From positions 32,001 to 96,000 of the forward strand of contig CAWFGE010000023.1 of assembly GCA_963815195.1 (NCBI GenBank): a stretch of DNA of 64,000 nt. The letters are read 5' to 3'. Both the position numbers and the translations under genes were made by a program. A model generated the notes under the pieces. It was not told where the DNA came from and did no database searches. It saw nothing but the letters and a program-made list of their open reading frames with translations. The stretch comes from an uncultured Planctomycetaceae bacterium. GTDB lineage: Bacteria; Planctomycetota; Planctomycetia; Planctomycetales; Planctomycetaceae. Shown one piece after another: positions 14,488 through 26,300 of this stretch (the first letter of the stretch is position 1; each line of letters begins with the position of its first letter).

Positions 14488-17115
14488 TTAGGTGGTAAGT
14501 CTCCCGCGGTAGAAGTCCGCGGCGGCTTTCATGGCGTCGGGGAGGCCGGCGGGGTTTTTGCCGCCGGCTTCGGCGAGGTCCGGGCGGCCGCCGCCTCCGC
14601 CGCCGACGGGTTTGGCGGCGGCTTTGATGCAGTCGTTGGCGGTGACGCCTCGTTTGATGAGGTCTTTGCTCACGGCGGCTAACAGCGCGACTTTGCCTTC
14701 GATTTCGCAGCCTAACAGAATCGCGGCGGGGCCGCCTTTACTGCGGAGTTGGTCGGCGAAGTCGCGGAGCGTCTCCCGCGTCGCACCCTTCGCGATGTGC
14801 GTGATGATCTTGACGCCGTCCACCTCCTCGGCCTCGGCGATCAACTCGTCCACCTCGCCGCTGACGGACTTCAGCGTCTGCTTCGCGAGTTCGCGTTTGG
14901 CGTCCTTGAGTTCGTTTTGCAGACTTTCCACCCGGCGGGGCAAATCCTGCGGCTGCGGGGTTTTTAAGAGGCCCACCAGTTCCTGGAGCAGTTCTTCCGT
15001 CTCGCGGATTTTGTGGAGGGCCTGTTTGCCGGTGAGGGCTTCGATCCGCCGCACGCCCTTGGCCACGGGTTCTTCGCTGATGATTTTGCAGAGGCCGACT
15101 TGCCCGGTGTTCGTGAGATGTGTGCCGCCGCAGAACTCCCGGCTGTATTCGCCCATCGTGACCACGCGGACGCGGTCGCCGTACTTCTCGCCGAACAGAG
15201 CCATCGCCCCGAGTTTCTTGGCTGCATCGAGATCCATCACGGCGGTGATGATCGGCGAACCCTCGGCAATCTTGCTGTTGATGATGTCCTCGACCCGTTC
15301 GATTTCCTCTTTGGTGAGCGAGCGGTTGTGGGCGAAGTCGAACCTGAGGCGGTCGTTCTCCACCTTGGAGCCGCGCTGCGTGGCTTTCTCGCCGACGACT
15401 TGGTGCAAGGCATGATGCAAGAGATGCGTGGCCGAGTGCGCCCGGCGAATCCCGGCCCGGCGGTCACATTCGACGACGGCTTTCACCTTGGCCCCGAGCT
15501 TTAAGCTGCCGGTTTTCAGATGCCCGACGTGTAGGACGAGATCGCCCTCTTTTTGCGTATCGAGAACCTGAAATTGAAAGCCCTCGCCCGACAGCGTGCC
15601 CACGTCGCCGACCTGCCCGCCGGCTTCGCCGTAAAACGGAGTGCGGTCCAACACCACGCCCACGGGCGAATCGTGGCCGACTTCGGTGAGTTCCTCGACG
15701 AGCCGTTTCTCGGCGATGATGCCCACGATTTCGGCCTCGGCTTCGGTGACATCGTAACCCAGAAACTCCGTGCCGCCGGAGGTCTTGCGAATCGCATCCA
15801 ACGGCCCCTCGGCCATCACCGAGTCCATATAGCCTTCGCTGCTGCTGATAGTTCGATGACCTTCGAGCAACTCCTTGAACTTTTTGCGATCGACGTCCAA
15901 GTTCCGCTTGGCGGCCATGGCTTCGGTGAGTTCGATCAAAAACCCTTCCTGGGTGTGCAGCGTGAAAGCATCCTCGCCGGAGATTTTGGAAACGCCCGAA
16001 GCCTGGGCTTTCTCCACGCATGTTTCGAAGCGGTCGAGGCCGCGCTCGATTGTGCCCAGGAACTGGGTTTCTTCTTCTTTGATCGTGCCTTGGACGGAAT
16101 CGATCGTCTCCGCGAGTTCGGGGTAGGCGGGTTTCATGACTTCGACCACGGCCGGGACGAGCGTGTATAAAAACGGATCCTTCTGGCCGAGCAGATAGCC
16201 TTCGAGCAAAGCCCGGCGGAGGAGTTGGCGGACGACGTAGTTTTCCTCCTGCTTGTCCGGGACGACGCCTTCGTGGATGCAGAACGTGATCGCCCGCACG
16301 TGGTCGGCAATTCGGCGGAGCGGTCGGCCTTCGGGGCTGTCGAATTGATACTTCACGCCCACGGCCTTCCCGGCCGCGATGCACACGGGTTTTAAGATAT
16401 CGATTTCGAAATTGCTTTGGACGCCTTGCATTACCGAGGCGGTGCGCTCGAGGCCCATGCCGGTGTCGATGTTTTTCTTGGGGAGCGGGCGGAGGTTGTC
16501 CGGCGGATCGCCCACGCGGTTATACTGCGTGAAGACGAGGTTCCAGATCTCGACCGCTTTGCCGCCGTTGGGGGGGTGGTAATAGATCTCGCTGCACGGG
16601 CCGCAGACGCCGTCGGGGCCTTGGGACGGAGCCGAGGCCGGCCAGAAGTTTTCTTCCTCGCCTTCGCGCTGGATGCGGTCGGCGGGAAGTTTGACCTCGT
16701 TATGCCAGATGTTGTAGGCCTCGTCATCGTCGAGATAGACGGTGACGGACAGTCGCTCGGGATCGAGGCCCAGCCATTTCTTGTCGGTGAGAAATTCCCA
16801 GGCCCAGTGGATGGCTTCTTTTTTGAAGTAGTCGCCGAAGGAAAAATTGCCGAGCATTTCGAAGAAGGTGTGGTGGTAGGCCGTCACGCCGACGTTGGAG
16901 ATGTCGCCGGTGCGGAGGCATTTCTGGCAGGTCGTGGCCCGGGAGAATTCCAGCTTGCCGATGCCTAGGAACTGGTTTTTGAACTGGTTCATCCCGGCGG
17001 GGGTGAACAGCACGGTCTTGTCGTCTTTGGGGACGAGCACATCGCTGGGCCGGCGGATGCAGCCTTTGGATTCAAAAAACGAAAGGTACTTTTCCCGCAG
17101 TTCGTCGGTTTTCAT
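14488..17115 (-). CDS. alaS: Alanine--tRNA ligase
   Basis: [58 protein letters not shown]. Confidence 0.98.
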   Translation of the reverse strand: MKTDELREKYLSFFESKGCIRRPSDVLVPKDDKTVLFTPAGMNQFKNQFLGIGKLEFSRATTCQKCLRTGDISNVGVTAYHHTFFEMLGNFSFGDYFKKEAIHWAWEFLTDKKWLGLDPERLSVTVYLDDDEAYNIWHNEVKLPADRIQREGEEENFWPASAPSQGPDGVCGPCSEIYYHPPNGGKAVEIWNLVFTQYNRVGDPPDNLRPLPKKNIDTGMGLERTASVMQGVQSNFEIDILKPVCIAAGKAVGVKYQFDSPEGRPLRRIADHVRAITFCIHEGVVPDKQEENYVVRQLLRRALLEGYLLGQKDPFLYTLVPAVVEVMKPAYPELAETIDSVQGTIKEEETQFLGTIERGLDRFETCVEKAQASGVSKISGEDAFTLHTQEGFLIELTEAMAAKRNLDVDRKKFKELLEGHRTISSSEGYMDSVMAEGPLDAIRKTSGGTEFLGYDVTEAEAEIVGIIAEKRLVEELTEVGHDSPVGVVLDRTPFYGEAGGQVGDVGTLSGEGFQFQVLDTQKEGDLVLHVGHLKTGSLKLGAKVKAVVECDRRAGIRRAHSATHLLHHALHQVVGEKATQRGSKVENDRLRFDFAHNRSLTKEEIERVEDIINSKIAEGSPIITAVMDLDAAKKLGAMALFGEKYGDRVRVVTMGEYSREFCGGTHLTNTGQVGLCKIISEEPVAKGVRRIEALTGKQALHKIRETEELLQELVGLLKTPQPQDLPRRVESLQNELKDAKRELAKQTLKSVSGEVDELIAEAEEVDGVKIITHIAKGATRETLRDFADQLRSKGGPAAILLGCEIEGKVALLAAVSKDLIKRGVTANDCIKAAAKPVGGGGGGRPDLAEAGGKNPAGLPDAMKAAADFYRGRLTT

Positions 17116-17188
17116 GGTGAAGGCTTTCGAGGGGTGTTGAATACGTTTGCGTTGCGATTGGCGGGAACGATGATCCACTCCCATTCGG

Positions 17189-17228
17189 CCCCCTCACCCT
17201 AACCCTCTCCCCCAAGGGGAGAGGGGAC
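17189..17228. repeat. REP-like palindrome CCCCTCACCCTAACCCTCTCCC...GGGAGAGGGG
   Basis: Stem CCCTCTCCCC/GGGGAGAGGG upstream of alaS; widespread bacterial extragenic repeat type. Confidence 0.7.
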
Positions 17229-17417
17229 AAAGGCAAGAGCGTTCATTGATTCTTCGTTCCCGGCGATCGCGACTATTTGACACAAATTCCCTCCGGATAT
17301 GAAGGGAAGCCCAGGAGGCGGAACGGTCCGCGATCCTGGGCTATCGGATGTCACAGAAGATTCTTGCCAGATCGCCCCGTTGGATTCTTACGATTCGGGC
17401 CGGGGGATTCTTCAGAT

Positions 17418-18234
17418 TTAGTTCTGCGCGGGGGATGCCTTGGTGTCGGGGGTGACGATGTCTAACAATTCGACTTCAAACACGAGCACCTGGTTCGGGC
17501 CGATTTTGTTGCCGGCCCCGCTCAGGCCATAGGCTATTTTCGAGGGCACGACCAGCCGCCATTTGGAGCCGACGGGCATCATCTGCAGGGCTTCGGTCCA
17601 GCCGGCGATCACGCCATCGACCGGATACGTGGCGGGGGATTTGCGTTCCACGGGAGCTGTCGAAGACTTCGCCGTTGGGCAAGGTGCCGTGGTAATGCGT
17701 TTTCACGATGTCCGTTTTGGCGGGCTTCTTGCCGGTGCCCGCTTTCAGTACCTGATACTGCAGACCGCTTTCGGTGGTTTTCACGCCTTCTTTGGCTTTG
17801 TTTTCGTTAAGGAAGGCGGTTCCTTCTTGGGAGTTCTTGTCGGCCTGGGCTTTGAAGACGGGGTCGGTTTTCAGACGTTCGAGAGCCTGGTCCTCTTTGC
17901 GCTTTTTGGCCTTGGCAATCAATTCTTCCTGGAAGGCCTCGAAAGCCGCCTCCAAGTCCTTCTCGGGCACGCGGGATTCCTTGCCTGTCAAGGCATCTTG
18001 AAGGCCTTTCAACAACGCGGCCGAATCCACATCAATGTCTTGGGATTTCAAGCTGCGGGTGATGTTGTTGCCGAAGTTCATCCCCAAGCCGTAGCTGACT
18101 TTCTCTTGGGTGGTTTTGAACTCGCCGGATTTCGGGGCGGGATTGGTTTTGGCATCCTGGGCGTAGCCTTGGAACATAAACACCAGCAATCCGATGGCGG
18201 CCAACGAAGTCACGATCATCCCTGCACGTTTCAT
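17418..18234 (-). CDS. FKBP-type peptidyl-prolyl isomerase (FkpA/FklB-like), frameshift at ~17650
   Basis: [32 protein letters not shown] then [18 protein letters not shown]...LVFEVELL; one extra C in TCCC. Confidence 0.92.
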
Positions 18235-18538
18235 GGGGAAACCTTTCGCGTGTTTTACATGAGGACGGCGCGGCGACGGCCCACGCCGGTGAGTCGGGTC
18301 AATTCGGAATATAGCAATTTGACGGGGAGGCTGTCACTACCGCGTTCGATGGGGGAAAGGCGGGAAGGCGGGCGAAATGGGTCCAGACGGAGGAATCTTA
18401 GCGCGAAACGGCCGGCGAGGAAAGAGGTTTTTCCTATTCCTTTGAGATGACTGATGTTGCGCTTTGTCCGGGTGATGCGTCAGCCGCTTCAGGTGCCGAC
18501 GCGAAGAAACCGGTGCCGGCTGATGGGCATACGGATAT

Positions 18539-19584
18539 TCAACTCCAGCGTTTCAGAATTTCCTCAGCCACGATTTGGATGTAGCGGCTCTTTTGGGTGA
18601 GGCCCATGTGGCCGGTGGGATGCATCGTGAACCTGGCATCCCAGCGGTCGGCGAGTTCGCGAATCCGGTGCGTGGGGACGAAGCGGTCGAACTCGGCGGC
18701 GTAAAGAGAAATCCGCGCGGATCGAGCCGGGGCGTCCAATTCGAGGGGGTGACGGCTTTGACGGCTCGGCGAATGGTTTCCTCCGGCAGCGGGCCGGGCC
18801 CCAATCCCCGCCGCACCGCGCGGACGATCGTGCCGCCCTCGTCCAAAAGAGTTTCCAGATCGACGGGCGGAGCGACCGCTGTGACCCATTGCAGATCGGA
18901 CGCGACGACGCTGGTCATCAGCGACATCCAGCCGCCGAAGCTCACGCCGACCAGCCCCACCTCCCGGCCTTCCGCTTGGAGGTTTTTGACGAGCGTCCAT
19001 TGATCGAGCACTGCCTGGCGGGTCACGGAGAGTTGATGCTCCAAGTCGCCGCTTAGAATCAGTTGCCCGGGCCGATAGCCGGCGGGCGTCCGGCGGAAAT
19101 TGAACGGGGCATCCATCATGATCACATCGATGCCGGCGGGGTTGAGTTCATCCGCGAGTTGACCGAACCAGTTCGCATGGACCTGCACCACGCCGTCCAC
19201 CCCGACGATGCACCGCCGCGCCGGTTCTTTTCCGCGGGTCCACATCCGCGCTTGGACCTGGGCGTTCTCGGGGACGGACGTCAACACGGGGCTGGGAAAC
19301 GAAAAATCCCAAGCCGTCCGGCTGTCCCGCGAGGTGCGCTCCCGCAGGTTTTCCCACAAATTCAACCGCGGCGGCTCCGGGCGGAACACGGTTTCCAACT
19401 CGCCGCTGAACAGCCCGTCAAACGGTTCAAAAAACGGCTCGCCGGCCGCGAGGGAATGCTTGCGATAATGAAAGACCACCCGCAGGATCAACAGGCCGAC
19501 GGCTTCATCGACGAGGTTCGACCACACGCGTTGGCAAAGCTTTAAGGGCCAAGGCCGGTGTTGTTGCAGTTTGCGCGGGTTCAT
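18539..19584 (-). CDS. Alpha/beta hydrolase family protein, frameshift at ~18710
   Basis: GVSFGG nucleophile elbow; C-terminal AEFDRFVP...TGHM in second frame; ATGA overlap with upstream gene. Confidence 0.75.
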
Positions 19585-22283
19585 TCCAGTTCGTCGAGGT
19601 CGTCGTCATCGAAATCATCGTCCAGGTCGTCGTCAAAATCTTCGTCCTCGTCGTCGAGCGCGAAGAACGGCGGCTGATGCGCCCCTTGCCAGACGATGCC
19701 CGGCGAATCGCGGTAGCCCTCGTTCTGAAGCTGCACGTCGAGCACTTCCATCTCCAGCGGGTAGCACTGCGACTGCCATTTTCGCGCCCACTGCTCGGCT
19801 TCCTCTTCATCGCGGGCAAGCACACCCCAAGGACAAACGTACGCGGGCCATTGCTCCTGCCCGCTCAAACAGCCGGGATGATTGGGCCAATTCTCGTCGA
19901 GCGGCTGCCGGATGAGGACCACAAAATAATTGATGCCTTCCTCGGGCGGCTCGGCGGCGCGGTGCGGCTCGAACAGCGTCTCCGCCGCCAATCCCGACTG
20001 CAACGACAACTGTTGAAAGGCCCTTCGCGTTTCATCGTCGGGGGGCAGGCAAACCGCGGCCTTCGTCAATTTGTGGAACAGCCGCGTGAGATCCCGCTGC
20101 GAGAGAGACTCCGCCTCGGTCAACCGGTGTTCGAGCAACTTCGCGAGTTCCTTCCGGAACCGCGGGGGATCGTTCAAGCCTTCCGCTCCGCACAGGCACG
20201 CCCGCAATGCGTCCACGTGGTAACGGCATTCCTTGTTGCGGAGTGATTCGGAGTCCAAGGCTTTCAAGGCTTCGTCGTACTTGCCGCTCTCCATCAAAGC
20301 CCAGGCCAAAAAGAAAGGCACCCAGGGTTTCTCGGGCCAGATCGCTTCCAGGCGGTTGTAATAGGTCAGCACCCAGTCGTATTTTTCCTGCTCGAACGCG
20401 ATCTGCCCCGCCTGCCAGTAAACCGCCGGATCGTCGCAGCCTTCCCGCACGCACAAATCGAGCACCGCCATGGCATCGCGGGCGCGGTCGGTCTCGTTGT
20501 AAAGGTCCGCAAGCCGAAGGGCCACATCACTGCGGCTGCGGTCCAATCGAAAGCTCCGGGCGTAGCAGCGCTCGGCTTCGCCCATCTCGCCGTGCTGCAA
20601 AAAGAAGGCCCCCGCCCGCGCAAAGTTGCCCGCGTGGTGCGGGTCGAGATCCAGCGATTCCCGCAGCATGCGTTCGAGCTCTTCGACCGTGGCGATCGCG
20701 TCGGGATCCTCGTCGGTGGTTTCGCGGGCGGTGTCGCCCAGATCCGCGACGACGTTCATCACGACGGCATCCTGCGAAAACTTTTTGAGAAACTGCTGCG
20801 ACCATTCCCACACCTCGCCCGCGTTCTCGCTCAGACTGCTGAAGACATGGGCCATGTGAATCAGCCGGGCCGCATCGCGGGGATGCTCCACCATCTCGGC
20901 GGTGTAGGCCATCATCGCCTTTTGCACGGACCGGCAGACTTCTTCCTCGCCGCCGGATTCCTGGAGCCTCTTCACGTACTCGTCGAGTTTGGCTTTGAGC
21001 GGGGTGTCCTCTTCGTCGAGGTTTTTGGCGTTCCGGCTTTCGTGTTCGGTTTGCGATGCTTCCGTGCTGGACGAACTCGCCTGGGTCTTCGCGGCCATTG
21101 ATGCGGTCTCGGGGGCAGACTCGGCAAACAAGCCCGTTTCGAAAGTCCCCAGCGTGGCAATCGGATTCGGGCGGACTTCTCCCGACTTCAAGAGGTTCAG
21201 CCGGCGGAGCGTGAGCCAATCGCGGGCGGCTTGGGCTTTGGGTTCCAACTGGCGAACGAGGGCCGCCGATTTGTCTTCCAGCCCGGCGAGCCGATGCACC
21301 GCAATCAACCGCAGCCGAACTTCCAACCAATGGGACAAACACTTCTGTGAAAGCATTTTGCGGTCCCAATCGACCAAACGGGAAATCGCCCCTTCATATT
21401 CGCCCCGGCAACACGCGGCGACGGCTTCGTGCATCGCGCGGAGCAGATCGAGTTGCGGGTATTCGTCGGCTTCGATTTCGGGAAACGCCGACGCGTCGAC
21501 GCCGCACTCGGCGAGAATCGCCTCTAGCTTTTCGGGGCGGCCTTCGAGTTCCAGCACCGTCGCCAAAAATCCCGCCGACTCCATCTGAGCGGAGAGCACC
21601 GAGTGATACGTCTCCGCGAGCTTGAGCGCTTCGATCCCCGCGTCCCGGGCGGCGGCGAGTTGCCCACTGAGGAGCAACAGTTCCGCCGCGTCTTTCGCCC
21701 CCACCCAGCGGCGGTCGTTGTCGGAATCCGGCTGGGCGTTCCCGGCGATCATCCGCGCATAGTGCAGGGCCATGTCAATGTCGTCCGCGGCCCGGTACAC
21801 ATCGGTGGCGTATTCGCGAAAGCACGTCACGCATTCCAGCTTTCCCGTTCGCCGGCAGACCTGGATCCCCTCGTTGATGCAATCGTGCACGCCTTCGGAG
21901 TTGTAGCCTTCCTTCTCGGCGGTGTGCGTGGCGAGGTTGTCGTAAGCGCAGGACGACATCCAGTTCACGGTGTAATAATAATGGTCTTCGGGCAATTCCG
22001 GCTGGAGCTTGCGGGCTTTGTCTTCGCTCTCCAGAAACGCAATCGAATCCACCGCCGCCTCGAGGCCCGTCTCCACGTCCAGAAGAGACTGGGCATCGTT
22101 CATCAGGTAAAAATTCGCGTGCAGGTAGGGGATGATCTGCTTCTCGGCCTTGGCGAACCGCTTGAGTTCCCGGCTGAGCCGCGAGGAAGACCGATACCGG
22201 CATTGCTCGCGCATTTCGGAAATCCGGTCCATCAATTCGCCGATCTGCTGTTCGACATCGACATCGCGAAATTCATCAGTCAT
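19581..22283 (-). CDS. Large TPR-repeat protein with acidic C-terminal tail
   Basis: TPR-like helices (AGAFFLQHGEMGEAERCYARSFRLD); tail DDEDEDFDDDLDDDFDDDDLDELE. Confidence 0.75.
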   Translation of the reverse strand: MTDEFRDVDVEQQIGELMDRISEMREQCRYRSSSRLSRELKRFAKAEKQIIPYLHANFYLMNDAQSLLDVETGLEAAVDSIAFLESEDKARKLQPELPEDHYYYTVNWMSSCAYDNLATHTAEKEGYNSEGVHDCINEGIQVCRRTGKLECVTCFREYATDVYRAADDIDMALHYARMIAGNAQPDSDNDRRWVGAKDAAELLLLSGQLAAARDAGIEALKLAETYHSVLSAQMESAGFLATVLELEGRPEKLEAILAECGVDASAFPEIEADEYPQLDLLRAMHEAVAACCRGEYEGAISRLVDWDRKMLSQKCLSHWLEVRLRLIAVHRLAGLEDKSAALVRQLEPKAQAARDWLTLRRLNLLKSGEVRPNPIATLGTFETGLFAESAPETASMAAKTQASSSSTEASQTEHESRNAKNLDEEDTPLKAKLDEYVKRLQESGGEEEVCRSVQKAMMAYTAEMVEHPRDAARLIHMAHVFSSLSENAGEVWEWSQQFLKKFSQDAVVMNVVADLGDTARETTDEDPDAIATVEELERMLRESLDLDPHHAGNFARAGAFFLQHGEMGEAERCYARSFRLDRSRSDVALRLADLYNETDRARDAMAVLDLCVREGCDDPAVYWQAGQIAFEQEKYDWVLTYYNRLEAIWPEKPWVPFFLAWALMESGKYDEALKALDSESLRNKECRYHVDALRACLCGAEGLNDPPRFRKELAKLLEHRLTEAESLSQRDLTRLFHKLTKAAVCLPPDDETRRAFQQLSLQSGLAAETLFEPHRAAEPPEEGINYFVVLIRQPLDENWPNHPGCLSGQEQWPAYVCPWGVLARDEEEAEQWARKWQSQCYPLEMEVLDVQLQNEGYRDSPGIVWQGAHQPPFFALDDEDEDFDDDLDDDFDDDDLDELE

Positions 22284-22494
22284 GGTTCCGAGTCCCGCTG
22301 GAGAGATGGAAGGAGAAGGAGTCGAAAAGTGCAAAAATGAACGAGCCGCCTGGTATCAGCATCGACAATTGAAGATAGCAGGAATCCCGCCGCGGCGGAA
22401 ACATGGTTCATACCGTTTGGAGCAAATTGGGAAAACCTTCCGACATCATAAGGATCGCCAAGGAAGTAATTTAAACTCTTGAACGGCTCAACAT

Positions 22495-22523
22495 AACCAG
22501 GGGGCTTACGCCCCCCGCTCGCC
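22495..22523. repeat. REP-like palindrome AACCAGGGGGCTTACGCCCCCCGCTCGCC
   Basis: GGGGGC/GCCCCC hairpin; near-copy at 36845..36871. Confidence 0.7.
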
Positions 22524-22671
22524 TTTTTATCCCCATGTTGACGTGCTTTTCTTGACGTTCCCAACGCCTCGTTCGCTGGGAAAATTCGCGGGAAGGGATT
22601 ATGGTGCGGATAGGAAAACTGTCGATTCGACCCGCCAGAAAAAACTTTGACTTTTCACCCAGGAGTTTCAC

Positions 22672-23223
22672 ATGGATTATGCCGCGAAGTTTGCCGAGGG
22701 CTTGACGTACACGGGCTTTTTGGAGCGCTACGCGAACGCCGATCAGAAGAGCCGCTGGGCGGGCGTGTTTGAGAGCGTGAAGCTTTCAGATGCGCAGTCG
22801 GCCCTCCTCAAAACTTTCGTCCGCGAGATGAAGGTGCTGGTGACGGCGGGGGCCTGGTGCGGGGACTGCGTGAATCAGTGTCCGATCTTCGAGCATTTCG
22901 CCCAGGCGAACGAGAAGATTCAGGTTCGCTACTTCGATCGGGACGAGCATGCCGACCTTTCGAGGGACCTTGCAATTTGCGGTGCCCCGCGGGTGCCTTC
23001 GGTGCTGTTTTTGAGCGAAGACAACTGTGTCTGCGGGCGATACGGCGACCGCACCTTATCCAAGTATCGCCAGATGGCAAGGGCGCTGACCGGGGCCGCC
23101 TGCCCCAGCGGACACGGCGACACGCTGCTGGCGTCCGTGACAGAGGAATGGCTGGACGAGTTCGAGCGGATCCAATGGATGCTCCGCACCTCCGGCCGAT
23201 TGCGCGAACTGCATGGGGACTAA
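22672..23223 (+). CDS. Thioredoxin-family protein
   Basis: WCGDC motif, cis-Pro loop RVPSVLF, AGGAG RBS. Confidence 0.85.
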   Translation: MDYAAKFAEGLTYTGFLERYANADQKSRWAGVFESVKLSDAQSALLKTFVREMKVLVTAGAWCGDCVNQCPIFEHFAQANEKIQVRYFDRDEHADLSRDLAICGAPRVPSVLFLSEDNCVCGRYGDRTLSKYRQMARALTGAACPSGHGDTLLASVTEEWLDEFERIQWMLRTSGRLRELHGD

Positions 23224-23244
23224 CTAACAGACCTGTCGGTTGAT

Positions 23245-23311
23245 GTGAGCGGCACGGCGCTAGCCGCCGGTTCCTCGTGCGAAGACCGGCGGCCAAGGCC
23301 GTGCCGCTCAC
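23245..23311. repeat. REP-like inverted repeat between convergent genes
   Basis: GTGAGCGGCACGGC...GCCGTGCCGCTCAC outer arms and GCCGCCGGT/ACCGGCGGC inner arms. Confidence 0.75.
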
Positions 23312-23324
23312 GTGCGTGCGGACC

Positions 23325-26300
23325 TTACTTCCCGCGCGGCTGTTTTTCGGTCGTGTTGGGCTGTTGCGTTTCGTTGGGCTTCGGGGGTTCCGGTTTTTGG
23401 GGTTTCTCGGCGGGGTCGGGGGCGAACATGCCGGGCCAGGTGGGAATGAACGCCGACGGCGGCAAGAGGTCCACACTTTCTCCGGTCGCGTGGCCGATGT
23501 AGAGGGCGGCGAGCGGGCGATAAATGGATTCTGGATTGATGTCGAGGAGCCGCTTCAGCCGCTCGGCGGCCTTCTTTGGCCGGCCCCGCTCCAGGTCGCT
23601 GAGAGCCGCATTGAACAAAGGTCCGTCGGCCATCTGCGGCAATTGCTGCGTGAGCACGTATCCCATCTGCCAATTCGCGGAGGCCCAGTCGTCGCCCACG
23701 CGTCGAAACAGCGGCGGATCGATGGGCCGCTCGGCCATGGGCAGCGTGCCGAGCGTTGCGAACATCATCGCCTCCATCATCTCGTCCGCTTCGGTCGACC
23801 ACAGGTCGATGGCCCGCTCGTATTCTCCCACGACCAAGGCCGACATCGCGATCAAATCCTTTCCCTGGGCCGACGACCCCGCCGCGCCTTGCTCTTTCAT
23901 CACGCCTTCCAATCGTCCGAGCGATTGGTAGGCCTCTTCGATTTCGCCGGCCTCGAGCTCGAGCCCGGCCTGGATCATCGAGACCAGGGGGTTCGAGAGC
24001 TGAGATTCGTCCGCGGTCTCGAGAAGCTTCGAGCGCCAAGAGCACGCAGCCGCCCTCTTGGGCCATGTTGGCGAGTTGGATCGCAGAGGCTTTGTTCTCG
24101 GCCGCCTTGTCGATCTTCGTCTGAACCTGTTTGACCTGGTCTTTGAGGTTCTCGATGATTCGCAATCGGCGTTCGTAGGTTTCCTGGGCTTGCTTATCGT
24201 CTTCGTCCGGCATTTCCGTGAGTTCCAGGAATCGCTCGAACTCGCGGACGGCCAGGTCGTACCGATTGGAATTCGTGTAGAGCGTGCCCAAACCGCGGTG
24301 CAGGCCGGCATTGTCGGGGTCGGCGACGATCGCCTGGTTGTAAGCGGCAATCGCTTGCAGCAGCCGCCGCTTGGAATTTCCCAGCGGCTGGCCGTATAAC
24401 TGGCTGGTCTCCTGTTCCAGAGCACCAGTCTCAGGCAGCATTCCGCCAAGGCCCGGTAAGCCAGCGTGGAATTGGGATTTTTCTCGAGGGCCTTGTGAGC
24501 ATGACGAATCGCGAGATTGCCCATAGCCAGCCCGGTCTGGTTGATGATTTCCAGGGCCTGCACATCGCCTGGATTGCGGAAAGTCAACGTGCTCCGCTCG
24601 GGCAGCAAATAGTCGTTGATCAAGACCGTGTAATGCCAGGCGAGCAACGCGTCGGGCGGATTGGTCTGCCGGGATGGGGACGCAAACAGCTCATCGGTCC
24701 AGCCGGGCGGACGCGGGAAATAGCCGGGCGACTCGGCGTCCGCCTTTTCGCCGGTTTTCTCTTCCGTGCGAAACGCCAACTCGAAGAAATCGAGCCCGTG
24801 CTCGGCCAGGTAGGTTCGGTCGTTGAGGCCGGACTTCTCCGGATTGTAGCGATAGAACCAGGCCGCCATCGGCCCCAGGCGGATGGGCCGCCAATCGGAA
24901 TATCGAAACAGATTGAATAGCACGCCGTACTGCGGCACGTCCGGCCCCAGCGAGACCACGGCGTGGGTGATCTCGTATTCTTCAAATTGCTTTTTGCTCT
25001 TTTCCAGAAGTTCCGCCCGCGCGAGCCGCCGGGCTTGGAAGGCTTTTTGGGTTTCGTCCCGCTGGACCGCGAGAGGCGAGAGGGCTTCCGCGAACCGGCG
25101 ATACCGGGCGAAAACGCTGTCCGCCCCGTCTTGGGTGAACACGTTCAAGCGGGTGTCGATGAACGGCTTGCGATCGAGCCAAATCAAGACATCGCCTTGG
25201 CGAATGCTGAAGTTGAAGCCGTTCCCCGGGACTTCGGTCTCGTTGAGATCCTCCCGGATTCCCTCGATGAGGTTCGCCAACGAGGGCCGAAACCCAAAGC
25301 CGAGCCGGTTGGACCCCGGCCCGAGCAATCGTCCCGAGACCGCCAGGAACGCCAGCCCGAAAAACGCGAGGGCGGTGACGGCTCGCCCGCCCACGGAAAA
25401 CACCCGCTCGCTGAGTTCGACCGAATAACCCTGCCGAAAACTCTCCGCGTACCATTCCTGGGCGTTAAGCGCCGCAAGCGCTGCAAACACCAGGCTGGCG
25501 GCGGTGAGGTCGTGGCTGTTGGCGAGACCCAGGCCCGCCATCCCCAAAAACAAGAGCCCTTGGGCCGGCGCGATATTTCGCCAGTTGAGCGCGAACGTCA
25601 CCGGCACCGTGGCCGCCAAGACCAGGGCCGTGATGACCGGCAGCGTGAGATTCTGCCAGAACGCAGCCGCGGTCAGCGGGAGATAGCTGTGAAGCGAACC
25701 GCCCGCGAGTTCCATCAACTCCCGCCACGCCGGATATTCCCGGCCGTAGAGGCTCGCAGGCGAAATCAGGGAATGCCAGAAGAAGGGGTTGATAAAAAAC
25801 ACGCCGATCGAAACCGGCACCATCAGCCAAAGCTGCCGGCGTTTGGCTTCGTCGCTCTGAAAACACCGGCCGGCGAAGAGTCCCAGCCCCTCGCCGAGCG
25901 CGAGCAGAATCAGCACGATCAGACCGAAAAACGCGCGGGGGTCCATGTTGCACCACACGAGAAACACCGGCACGAGGGGCCACAACGATGCGGGGGAATC
26001 GGCGGGCTGCCAGCGGAAGATGATCCACAACGTCAGCGCCAGCCCCAACAGCGTGATGAGTTGCGGTTCAAAGGTCAGCTGCCCCGCGCAGACGATCAAC
26101 GCCAACGCGGCGCAGATCGAAGCCCACCAGGACGGGACCGGGCGTTTGACGGCTTTGAGCAAAAGGAAAAACGTCGCGCCGGCGATCAGGGCTTTGACGA
26201 TCGTCAGCGCGATCGCACCGCCCGCCGCATACACGCCCGCCGCGAACAAATCGAACAGCCACGACAGGTTGACCCAAGGCTGTTTGGCCGCGGTGTGGGT

